This document shows, one piece after another, positions 45,844 through 54,255 of a stretch of DNA of 56,914 nucleotides (positions are counted from its first letter, which is position 1; each line of letters starts with the position of its first letter). Origin of the DNA: Solirubrobacteraceae bacterium (GTDB lineage Bacteria > Actinomycetota > Thermoleophilia > Solirubrobacterales > Solirubrobacteraceae); assembly GCA_035262945.1 (NCBI GenBank), contig DATFRW010000351.1, positions 1 through 56,914 of the forward strand. The letters are read 5' to 3'. The notes under the pieces are model-generated. The model was not told the DNA's origin. It did not search any database and saw only the letters and a list, made by a program, of their open reading frames with translations. Position numbers and translations under genes: made by a program.

Positions 45844-47897
45844 CGGCTGCCCTCCAGCCCGCGGATGATGAGATTGCCGTAGCCGTCGACCTTGGCACCG
45901 TAGCCCGGCTCGATGACCGTGGTGGCGTCCTGCTGGATCACGATCGCCGGCCCGGAGATCGAGTCGCCGGCGTTCAGGGCGTCGCGGTCGTAGATCCCGG
46001 TCGGACGCCACTCGCCTTCGAAGAAGACCTGCTCCTGGCGCTGTGGTCGCGCCTCGGAGCCGCTGGCGTCGTCCGCGGCGGTCACGACCCCGTCGGCACT
46101 GGCGCTGGCGCCGACCACGCGCACCGTGGCGATCTCGATCGGCGCGCTGAGGTCGAAGCCGTAGCGGCGCCGGTGCTCGTCCTCGAACTGCTCCCGCACG
46201 CGGGCGGCGAAGCTCTCGTCGACGGCGCCGGGATCGAGCTCGCAGGGGATCTGGATGTCCTGCATCGCGTAGCGGCAGTCGGCATAGAACGAGAACGAGC
46301 GCCGGGAGTCGTCCACCCCCTCGCGCTCGAGCCAGTCGGCCGCCTCGGAGCGCAGCTCCGAGAGGACCCCGGAGAGGTCGGAGGCCGGCGTGTCCTCGGC
46401 GATCTTCAGGTAGGTGCGCGCGAACTCGTTCTGCACCTCGGCGACCTGGAAGCCGAACGCGCTGAGCACGCCGGGCGTCGCCGGGATGACGACCGGATCG
46501 GCGTGAATGAGCCGGCCGAGCGCGTTGGCATGCAGCGGGCCGGCGCCGCCGAAGGCGATGAGGCCGAACTCGCGCGGGTCGAAGCCGCGCTCGATGCTCA
46601 CGACGCGAAGCGCGGCGTGCATGTTCTCGTTGGCAATGTCAACGATCGCCTGGGCCGCCTGCGTGATGTCGACGCCGAGGCCGTCGGCGACCTTGCCGAC
46701 CGCGCGCTTGGCGGCCTCCTCGTCGATCTCCAGGGCGCCGGCGAGCAGCGTGCTCGGTGGGATCCGGTGCAGCACGACGTTGGCGTCGGTGACCGTCGGC
46801 TGGTCGCCGCCGCGCCCGTACGCCGCGGGGCCGGGCTCGGCGCCCGCGCTCTGGGGCCCGACGCGCAGCGCGCCGACCGGCGTGAGGTAGGCGATGGAGC
46901 CGCCGCCGGCGCCCACGCTGTGGACGTCCACGCCGCGCGACTGGAACTGGTAGTAGCCCAACTGGGCCTCGCGCTTGATCGTCACCGCGCCGTCGACGCA
47001 GATCGAGACGTCGGTCGAGGTGCCGCCGACGTCGAGCGTGAGCACGTTCGGCGCGCCGATGCGGCGCGCGAGGTAGGCGGCTCCGACCACGCCGCCCGAC
47101 GGCCCCGAGAAGGCGGTGTCGACCGGGCGCTCCTTGGTGGACCGCGTGCTCATCGTGCCGCCGTCGGAGCGCACCACGCCGAGGCGGTTGGCGAACCCGA
47201 CCTCGCGCAGGACGCGCTCGAGGCCGTCGACGTAGCGGATCACCTGCGGCTGCGCGTAGGCGTTGAGCACCGCGGTCAGCGTCCGTTCGTACTCGCGGTA
47301 CTCCGACACGAGGTCCGAGGAGATCGAGATCGGCAGCTCGGGATGCGCCCCGCGAGCGATGTCGCGGGCGCGGCGCTCGTGCGCAGGGTTGACGTAGGAG
47401 TTCAGGAAGCCGACCGTGACCGACTGCACGCCCTCGGCGATGAGCTCGTCGATGGCGCGGCGCACCTCGTCCTCGTCGAGCTCCTCCACGACGGACCCGT
47501 CGGCGGCGATGCGGCCGGTGATCCCGCGGGTGTTCCACAGCTCGACCAGCGGTGGCGGCTTGATCATGCCCATCCAGCCGTACAGCGGGCCGGGCGTCCA
47601 CGCGCGCGCGAGATGCAGGATCTGCTCGTTGCCGCGCGTGGTCAGCAGGCCGCCGGTGGCGCCCTTGCTTTCGAGGATGAGGTTGGTGACGACGGTGCTG
47701 CCGTGGAGGATGAGCTCGAGGTCGCTCGGCTGCGCCCCGACGCGATCGCAGGCCTCCTTGACGCCGGCGATGACGCCGACCGACTGGTCCTCGGGCGTCG
47801 ACAGCACCTTGACCAGGGTGATCTCCCCGGAAGCCGTGTCCTGCATCTGGACGTCGGTGAACGTCCCACCAACATCAACGCCCAAGCGGTACCCCAT
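45840..47897 (-). CDS. hyuA: Hydantoinase/oxoprolinase family, A subunit (pair 4)
   Basis: 685 aa from MGYRLGVDVGGTFTDV after GGAGG. HGSTVVTN, LDVGGTSTD and GAGGGS are present. Confidence 0.92.
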   Translation of the reverse strand: MGYRLGVDVGGTFTDVQMQDTASGEITLVKVLSTPEDQSVGVIAGVKEACDRVGAQPSDLELILHGSTVVTNLILESKGATGGLLTTRGNEQILHLARAWTPGPLYGWMGMIKPPPLVELWNTRGITGRIAADGSVVEELDEDEVRRAIDELIAEGVQSVTVGFLNSYVNPAHERRARDIARGAHPELPISISSDLVSEYREYERTLTAVLNAYAQPQVIRYVDGLERVLREVGFANRLGVVRSDGGTMSTRSTKERPVDTAFSGPSGGVVGAAYLARRIGAPNVLTLDVGGTSTDVSICVDGAVTIKREAQLGYYQFQSRGVDVHSVGAGGGSIAYLTPVGALRVGPQSAGAEPGPAAYGRGGDQPTVTDANVVLHRIPPSTLLAGALEIDEEAAKRAVGKVADGLGVDITQAAQAIVDIANENMHAALRVVSIERGFDPREFGLIAFGGAGPLHANALGRLIHADPVVIPATPGVLSAFGFQVAEVQNEFARTYLKIAEDTPASDLSGVLSELRSEAADWLEREGVDDSRRSFSFYADCRYAMQDIQIPCELDPGAVDESFAARVREQFEDEHRRRYGFDLSAPIEIATVRVVGASASADGVVTAADDASGSEARPQRQEQVFFEGEWRPTGIYDRDALNAGDSISGPAIVIQQDATTVIEPGYGAKVDGYGNLIIRGLEGSR

Positions 47898-47928
47898 CCC
47901 TACCTCCGTTCCTCGTCGCGGCTGAGGG

Positions 47929-49179
47929 TCACACCACACCCTGCTCGCGCAGGCGCTCGAGCTCGGCCTCGTCGACGCCGACCTCGTTGAGTACATCGGC
48001 CGTGTCGGCGCCGAGCGTCCAGCGGGCGGCCTGGCGAACGCGCCCCGGCGTTCGGGTCAGCCGCGGCACGACGCCGGGCGCGGTGATCCGTCCGTGGACC
48101 TCGTCGTCGTACTCGATGAGCAGACGGCGCTCCTTGAAGTAGGGGTCGCGGTAGACGTCCTCGGCGGTGTAGACGGGGGCGCAGACCACGCCCGCCTCGT
48201 TGACCAGTCCGTCGAGCTCCTCGGCGGTGTGCTTGATCGCCCACTCGCCGATGAGCTCGTCCAGCAGGTCCTCGTTCTGCCCACGAGCGTGATGGGAGTT
48301 GAAGCGCTCATCGTCGGCGAGCTCGGGCTTGCCGATGAGGGCGGCCAGGCGGCGCCACAGCGTGTCGTGGTTGGCCGCGATCACCACCCAGCGGCCGTCC
48401 TTGGATCGGTAGACGTTGGAAGGAGCGATCCGTGGCAGCCGCGGCCCGGTCGGCTCGCGGATGACGCCCGCCTTCTCGTACTCGAGCACCGAGGACTCCG
48501 TCATGGCGAAGCACGCGTCAGTGATCGAGGCGTCGACGACCTGGCCCTCCATGCCGCGCGCGTCGCGGGCGTAGAGCGCCAGCAGGATCCCCTGGAACGC
48601 CGACTGCGCCGCGAGCGTGTCGCCGAGGGAAATCCCGTAACGGGGCGGCGCCTCGTCGGGGTAGCCGTTGAAGTACCGCAGGCCCGACATCGCCTCGCTG
48701 GCCGACGCGAACCCCGGCCGGTCGCGGTAGCGGCCGATCTGGCCGTATCCGGTCACGCGCGCGTAGATGGCGCGCGGGTTGACGGCATGGACGTCCTCGG
48801 GTCCGAGGCCCCAGCGTTCCATGGTCCCCGGGCGGAAGTTCTCGACGATGATGTCGGCCTCCTGAGCGAGGCGCCGTCCGACCGCCTGGCCCTCTTCGGT
48901 GCGCAGGTTCAGCGTCACCGAGCGCTTGTTGCGCGCCAGGATCGACCACCACAGCGAGTGGTCGTTGTGGCGCAGGCGCCCCCAGTCGCGCATCGCGTCG
49001 CCCTTGGGGGGCGGCTCGACCTTGATCACCTCGGCGCCGAAGTCGCCCAGGAGCGTGCCGACGTAAGGGCCGGCGAGGAGCTGGCCGAACTCGACGGCCT
49101 TCAGCCCCTGCAGCGGCCCATCGGCCAGCGCCTTGCCCGCGTCGCGCGTGTCCGTGGTGCCGCTCTGGACGCCGGTCAT
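47929..49179 (-). CDS. Family III CoA-transferase (CaiB/BaiF)
   Basis: 416 aa from MTGVQSG. LQGLKAVEFGQLLAGPYVGTLLGDFGAEVIKVEPP and ENFRPG are present. ATGA overlap with the permease gene. Confidence 0.88.
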   Translation of the reverse strand: MTGVQSGTTDTRDAGKALADGPLQGLKAVEFGQLLAGPYVGTLLGDFGAEVIKVEPPPKGDAMRDWGRLRHNDHSLWWSILARNKRSVTLNLRTEEGQAVGRRLAQEADIIVENFRPGTMERWGLGPEDVHAVNPRAIYARVTGYGQIGRYRDRPGFASASEAMSGLRYFNGYPDEAPPRYGISLGDTLAAQSAFQGILLALYARDARGMEGQVVDASITDACFAMTESSVLEYEKAGVIREPTGPRLPRIAPSNVYRSKDGRWVVIAANHDTLWRRLAALIGKPELADDERFNSHHARGQNEDLLDELIGEWAIKHTAEELDGLVNEAGVVCAPVYTAEDVYRDPYFKERRLLIEYDDEVHGRITAPGVVPRLTRTPGRVRQAARWTLGADTADVLNEVGVDEAELERLREQGVV

Positions 49180-50231
49180 GTCGCCTTTCTCACCCCGCGC
49201 CTGCGCGCGAACTGCGAGAGGGTCACGGCGACAACCAGCGCACCGCCGTAGAACAGCTGCTGGACGAAGTTCTGCACGCCGAGCAGCTGCAGGCCGGTGA
49301 TGCCCGAAACGAGGAAGTAGACGGCGATGAACGTCCCGAGCGGGTTGAAGCGGCCGGGGTAGATCGCGGTCGCGCCCAGGAACGCCGCCGCGAAGGCGGG
49401 CAACAGGAACGTCTGCCCCGAGGCCGGGTCCGCGCCGCCGAGGCTGCCCGCGTACATGACGCCCGCAAGACCGGCCATGAAGCCGGTGAGGATGAAGGCG
49501 CCCCAGCGGATGCGGCTGACGCGCAGTCCGCTCAGGCGCGACACGCTGCGCCCGCGGCCGACGAACAGCAGCCGCCGCCCCAACGGGGTGAACTCGAACA
49601 CGTAGAACAGCAGCAGGGTGGCCGCGACGCCGTAGTAGAAGATGAGCGAGATCCCGGCGATGCGGTTGCCGATCGTCCACTCGGTGAGCTGGTTCGAGAC
49701 GCCCGTGATGTTGTTGCCGTGGCTGATCCACTGCACGATGCCGAGAGCGATCGTGCCGCTGCCCAGGGTGACGATGAAGGAATCCACCCCCACGAGCACC
49801 ACCAACCCACCGTTGAGGAAGCCCAGCGTGGTCGCCGCCAGGACCGCGACGATGATCGCCGGCAGGATCGGCCAGCCGTGCTGGGTGTTGAGCACGGCGA
49901 TGATCATGGCGCTCAACGACAGGTTCGACGCGATGGACAGGTCGAAGTCGCCCGCGGTGAGGGTGACGATGAGCCCGAGGGTGAGCACGAGCAGGACCGC
50001 CTGCGATCCGAAGATCGTCTGGAAGTTGCCCGACGTCGGGTAGGTGTCCGGCTTGATGAGGCTGAAGACGAGGACGACGACGCCCCAGGCGACCAGGAGC
50101 GCCCAGCGCTCGAAGTTCAGCGATCTCAGCGCCGACGGCGAGCGACGAGTCGGCTCGTCCGGTCCCGTTCGGGGCTCGACAGTCTCGATCGGCTCTGCGA
50201 TCTCGCCGGGTGGGATGTTCTTGGCTTCCAT
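49176..50231 (-). CDS. Sugar-type ABC transporter permease (RbsC/AraH-like, BPD_transp_2)
   Basis: 351 aa from MEAKNIP with multiple TM helices. The GDFDLSIAS and F.GRGRS...SG patterns are typical of CUT2 permeases. Confidence 0.85.
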   Translation of the reverse strand: MEAKNIPPGEIAEPIETVEPRTGPDEPTRRSPSALRSLNFERWALLVAWGVVVLVFSLIKPDTYPTSGNFQTIFGSQAVLLVLTLGLIVTLTAGDFDLSIASNLSLSAMIIAVLNTQHGWPILPAIIVAVLAATTLGFLNGGLVVLVGVDSFIVTLGSGTIALGIVQWISHGNNITGVSNQLTEWTIGNRIAGISLIFYYGVAATLLLFYVFEFTPLGRRLLFVGRGRSVSRLSGLRVSRIRWGAFILTGFMAGLAGVMYAGSLGGADPASGQTFLLPAFAAAFLGATAIYPGRFNPLGTFIAVYFLVSGITGLQLLGVQNFVQQLFYGGALVVAVTLSQFARRRGVRKAT

Positions 50232-51874
50232 CAGTCGCCAGCCTCCATCGCCGATTCCCTCAGTGTCACGCTGTTGTAGACCTGCTCGCCGATCCGGTCC
50301 TTGGTGACCTCGGTCCCCGAGATCTCCGCGATCACGCGTCCCCGGGCGAGAACGATCACGCGGTCGCAGATCGCGGCGAGCTGCTCGTAGTCGGAGCTGG
50401 CGCACAGGATGCACGCGCCCTGGCCGTGCGCCGCGTCGCCGAGCATCGCGAAGATCTGGGCGCGCGCCCCGATATCGACGCCTTGCGTCGGCTCGTGCAG
50501 GAAGATCACGTTCGGCTTGGTCTGCAGCCACTTGGCCAGCAGCGCCTTCTGCTGATTGCCGCCGCTGAGCGACTCGTACGTGAGCGCCGGGTCGGGCGGG
50601 CGGACGTCGAACTCGCCCAGCACGCGCTTCGCGCGCTTGCGCATGGGCCGCCGCTTGAGCCCGTACGGGCCCCTGTACTCGGGCAGCACCTGCAGCATCA
50701 CGTTCTCCCCCACCGGCAGCTCGGGCACGCTTCCGTCCCGCTGGCGGTCGGCGGGCAGCAGAGCGAAGCCGTTGGCCACGGCCCGGTCGGGCGACATCAG
50801 CCTGAGGTCAAACGTCACGCCGTGCGTGCTCAGCGACCCCTCCGTGCACGCGCGCGCGCCGAACAGGAAGTACGGGATGTCCTCGAAGCCCGAGCCCATC
50901 AGGCCCGTGATCCCGACGATCTCGCCGCGGCGGACCTCGAGGTCGACGCCCTTGAGGACCCCGCCGGCGAGCCCCTTGACCGAGAGGCCGATCTCGCGAC
51001 CCGACGGCTGGCTGTCGAGCGCCATGCTCTCCAGGCGCCGGCCGATGATCATCTGAACGAGCTCGGCCTCGGACGTGCTGGCGGTGTCGACGGTGCCCTG
51101 TAGGCGCCCGTCGCGCAGGACGGTGACGCGATCGGTGACCTCGCGGACCTCGTCGAGGTCGTGGGACACGAAGAGCACGCTCGCGTCGCCGCTGGCGACG
51201 ATGTTGCGGACGATCCGGAACAGCGCCTGCGTGCCCTCCTGGGGCAGGAAGACCGTCGGCTCGTCGAGGATCAGCAGGCCGCCGGCGCTGTGGCGCGCGG
51301 CCTGCTCGGAGCGGATGTCCTCGACCGCCCGGACGATGGCCAGCAGCGCCCGCTCGGTGGGCGTCAGCGCGGTCACCAGCGCGGAGGGGTCGAGGTCGAC
51401 GTTGAAGCTCTTGAACGTCTCGCGCGCCTTGCGACGCTCCTCGCGCCACGAGATGTAGACGCCCTTCTGGGCGATCAGCTCGCCAACGCGCAGGTTCTCG
51501 AGGACGGTCAGCTCGGGCACGAGCCCAAGGTCCTGGTGCACGAAGGACAGCCCGAGGTCTCGGAACTGACCTGGCGCCAGCGGCAGCGACACGTCCTCGC
51601 CGCTGACCTTGAGCTCGCCCCCGGGGTCGGGAGCGTGGAAGCCGTTGAGGATCTTGATGAGCGTCGACTTGCCCGACCCGTTCTCTCCGAGAAGGCCATG
51701 GACCTCGCCGGGGAGGATCGTCAGGTCGACGCCCTTCAGGGCCTGCTCGCCGCCGAAGCTCTTGGACAGGTTGCGAAGCTCGATGACCGGAACGCCGGAC
51801 GCCGCGGGGCCGGAAGCGTTCGCTCCCGGCCCCATCGCCGACTGCCCGCTGGCGCGGTCGGCCGAATCCGTCAT
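50231..51874 (-). CDS. Sugar-type ABC transporter ATP-binding protein (duplicated ABC domains, RbsA-like)
   Basis: About 547 aa. The first domain has GENGSGKST, and LLILDEPT is present. The second domain is degenerate (LSGGNQQK, IFLHEPTQGVD). The start is at 51874, or at an internal Met. Confidence 0.85.
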   Translation of the reverse strand: MTDSADRASGQSAMGPGANASGPAASGVPVIELRNLSKSFGGEQALKGVDLTILPGEVHGLLGENGSGKSTLIKILNGFHAPDPGGELKVSGEDVSLPLAPGQFRDLGLSFVHQDLGLVPELTVLENLRVGELIAQKGVYISWREERRKARETFKSFNVDLDPSALVTALTPTERALLAIVRAVEDIRSEQAARHSAGGLLILDEPTVFLPQEGTQALFRIVRNIVASGDASVLFVSHDLDEVREVTDRVTVLRDGRLQGTVDTASTSEAELVQMIIGRRLESMALDSQPSGREIGLSVKGLAGGVLKGVDLEVRRGEIVGITGLMGSGFEDIPYFLFGARACTEGSLSTHGVTFDLRLMSPDRAVANGFALLPADRQRDGSVPELPVGENVMLQVLPEYRGPYGLKRRPMRKRAKRVLGEFDVRPPDPALTYESLSGGNQQKALLAKWLQTKPNVIFLHEPTQGVDIGARAQIFAMLGDAAHGQGACILCASSDYEQLAAICDRVIVLARGRVIAEISGTEVTKDRIGEQVYNSVTLRESAMEAGD

Positions 51875-51878
51875 GGCG

Positions 51879-53105
51879 TCAGGACCCGCCGCCCGACCAC
51901 AGCTTCGTGTAGCCGTCGACGTACGCGTTGCCGTACCCGAGGTTCGGGCTCGGCGGTGTGCCGGCTTCCTTGATGTTCGCGTCGCTGAAGATGCGCAGCG
52001 GCGTCTGCTCGTTGCCATCCTCGATGATCGGCGCGCCGGTGAGGACGCGCCCCACCTGGTCGGCGGTCGCCCACGCCAGCCACGTGATGTTCTCGCCGGC
52101 GTCCATGTCCATGATGTCGCCGTCCTGGATGAGCTTCATCACGGCGGGAGTGCCGTTGTAGGAGGCGATCTTCACGCTGCCCGACTTGCCGGCCGCCGTG
52201 ATGCCCTGCTGGGCGAACAGCGACATCGAGTCGTAGATCGGCAGCACCCAGTTGACGCCCGGGTCCTGCTGGATCGCGGTCTGCGTCTCAGAGGCGATCT
52301 TGGTCGCCCAGTCGGCGAGCGGGACGTTGATCGACTTGAACTTGCACTTGGGACAGTGGTCGTCGAACTCCTTCTTCATGGCCGCCGTGATGCCGGTCGA
52401 CGGCGGCACGTCGGGCGAGCTGAAGGAGATCACGTTGGCCTTGCCGTTGGACTTCGCGATCGCCCAGTCGGCCTCGAGCCGAGCGGCCTCCCAGAACGGG
52501 ACGGTCACGAACGCCGTCGTCAGCGCCTTGGCCTCCGCGCCCGGTCCGTTCGGCGGCTGAGCATCAAGCTGACCGTTCTGGAAGTCGTGGGTGACCACGA
52601 TCGGGATGCCGGCCGCCTTGGCCTTCTTCATGATCGGGATCATCAGCGTGAGCGGATGTCCCTGGGCCAGGATGATCACGTCGGCCTTCTGGGAGATCGC
52701 CTGGTTGATGCCGGCAGCCCATTCGTTCGGCGTGCCCTGGTTGGTGTACTCGACCCACTTGGCGCCGTACTTCTCGACGACCTTCTTGGCCTCCTTGTCG
52801 ACCGAGACGACGTACGGGACGGCGCTCGTGACGGGGATGTTGAAGATCGTCTTGCCCTTGATCTTCGACATGTCGAAGGCCGGGGCGTCGAGCTTGAACT
52901 CCGGAACCGCGCTCGCCGCCTCGATCTGTTTGTTCGCGTACGCGACGCCGGGGTCACCCGACGTGGTCGATGAGCCGGTGCCTGAGCCGCCCCCGGAGGT
53001 GGCGCTCGAGTTGTCGCTACTGCTGCCGCACGCGGCGATCACGAAGGCGGCCCCCAAGACCGCCAACGCTAGCCCAAGGGCCTTGAAGGAACGTGGAAGG
53101 TGCAA
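51879..53105 (-). CDS. ABC transporter substrate-binding lipoprotein (periplasmic-binding-protein type I, sugar family)
   Basis: Signal peptide plus lipobox (LAVLGAAFVIAAC-G), a Ser/Gly linker, then a PBP fold. The start is taken as TTG 53105, 8 nt after GAGGAG. ATG 53168 is the alternative. GC is lower than in neighbouring genes. Confidence 0.8.
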   Translation of the reverse strand: MHLPRSFKALGLALAVLGAAFVIAACGSSSDNSSATSGGGSGTGSSTTSGDPGVAYANKQIEAASAVPEFKLDAPAFDMSKIKGKTIFNIPVTSAVPYVVSVDKEAKKVVEKYGAKWVEYTNQGTPNEWAAGINQAISQKADVIILAQGHPLTLMIPIMKKAKAAGIPIVVTHDFQNGQLDAQPPNGPGAEAKALTTAFVTVPFWEAARLEADWAIAKSNGKANVISFSSPDVPPSTGITAAMKKEFDDHCPKCKFKSINVPLADWATKIASETQTAIQQDPGVNWVLPIYDSMSLFAQQGITAAGKSGSVKIASYNGTPAVMKLIQDGDIMDMDAGENITWLAWATADQVGRVLTGAPIIEDGNEQTPLRIFSDANIKEAGTPPSPNLGYGNAYVDGYTKLWSGGGS

Positions 53106-53233
53106 AGTGCCGCTCTCCTCGATCTGGCTGCTATGCGAAGTTCTCCCGAGAACCCGAGGTCCCGCCACGAACCCAAGTCTCCTCCCAAGAAGAACCGAAG
53201 GTATACAGCGGTACGCAACCGCGCACTATGCAG

Positions 53234-53263
53234 AGCGTATTGAGGCTTCTCCGGCGCTGTCAA
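53234..53263 (-). promoter_or_regulatory. Candidate promoter TTGACA-18 nt-TACGCT for the 13-gene operon
   Basis: On the minus strand, -35 TTGACA lies at 53263-53258 and -10 TACGCT at 53239-53234. This predicts a 5' UTR of about 120 nt before the SBP gene. Confidence 0.4.
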
Positions 53264-53341
53264 GGACGAACGGGCAGCCTCGGAAGCCCCCTGCTCGACC
53301 AACGGTCCACGTATCCCCCGTTGATGTCGGACTTCCAGCGC

Positions 53342-53398
53342 AGGCGACGATTCTCCCCTGTCAGCGCCGTGGAACGCAAGGGAGAACCGTGCTCGCCT
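53342..53398 (-). terminator. Two-tier stem-loop downstream of the 53422 stop (AGGCGA..TTCTCCC / GGGAGAA..TCGCCT)
   Basis: A 6-bp outer stem and a 7-bp inner stem separated by an internal loop, starting 24 nt after the stop codon of the upstream minus-strand gene. There is no U-tract. Confidence 0.3.
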
Positions 53399-53421
53399 AC
53401 GAATGTCCGACCAAATCGGGG

Positions 53422-54255
53422 TCAGATTCCGAGCAGCTTGGCCGGCCGGCCCGCAAGCATCGTTGCGACGTCGCGCGACGACACGCCGTGAGAGACGATC
53501 GCGCGGGCGAACTCGGCAAGTCCGGCGGGATAGGCGGCGTTCTCCGGCTGGCCCAGGTCCGACGCGATGACGTTGCGCGCGGCCCCGCCCGTCGCCCGGA
53601 TCGCTCCCGCTATGTCCGCGACGTCGGTGCGCCGCGGCGACCCCGGCGAGGCGGCGTACGCGCAGCGCTCGAAGACGAGCCCGGGGAAGTCGCTCGCCAG
53701 CGCGGCCTGCCGCCGCGGCGCGAGGTCCGGGACCACCCAGTCGGCGTGCTGCACCAGCGTGCGCGCGCCGGCGCGCGCAGCCTCCTCGGCGAGCTCACGG
53801 ACCTGCCGCGGGCCGAGGTGGCCCGTCGCGAGCATGGCGTCGTGGGCCGCCACCGACGCGCAGATCGCCGCCAGCGCGGCGCGGCGGACCGGAGTCGGCC
53901 GCGCGGGGCGGACGCTGTAGACGGGGAACGCGCGCATGTGCGCAGCCGCGGCGACCGTCGGCATCCAGATCACGCGGGCGCCGAGCCGCAGGGACAGCTC
54001 GACCGTCTCGGGATCCACGCCGCCGCTGGCGAAGGCGTTGAGGACGAGGCCGCCGTGGACCTCGAGGCCCGTCGCCGCAGCGGCCGCCGCCGCCCGGCCC
54101 ACGGTCGACTCGACGTGGCACTTGAGCACGATGGCACGCATCCCGGCGTCGCGCGCGCGGGTGGCCAGTTCGAGGTCGGTGTAGCGCCGCGGGACCACGT
54201 CGGGCCCGCCGTGGACGTGCAGGTCGACCGCCCCTTCGAGGAGCGCGTCGGTCAC
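53422..54255 (-). CDS. TIM-barrel metal-dependent hydrolase-like protein (amidohydrolase superfamily, uncharacterised subfamily)
   Basis: 277 aa from GTG (VTDALLEGAVDLHVHGGPD). The N-terminal DxHxH-type motif and later His/Asp residues (ATGHLG, VQHADW) are present. GTGA overlap with the upstream gene. Confidence 0.65.
   Translation of the reverse strand: MTDALLEGAVDLHVHGGPDVVPRRYTDLELATRARDAGMRAIVLKCHVESTVGRAAAAAAATGLEVHGGLVLNAFASGGVDPETVELSLRLGARVIWMPTVAAAAHMRAFPVYSVRPARPTPVRRAALAAICASVAAHDAMLATGHLGPRQVRELAEEAARAGARTLVQHADWVVPDLAPRRQAALASDFPGLVFERCAYAASPGSPRRTDVADIAGAIRATGGAARNVIASDLGQPENAAYPAGLAEFARAIVSHGVSSRDVATMLAGRPAKLLGI

Noticed and set aside
15093-47897. The idea that the four hyuAB pairs are recent tandem or segmental duplicates (a repeat family).
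   Set aside because: The protein sequences differ substantially even at their N-termini and conserved blocks, and the flanking genes differ. I noticed no extended nucleotide identity.
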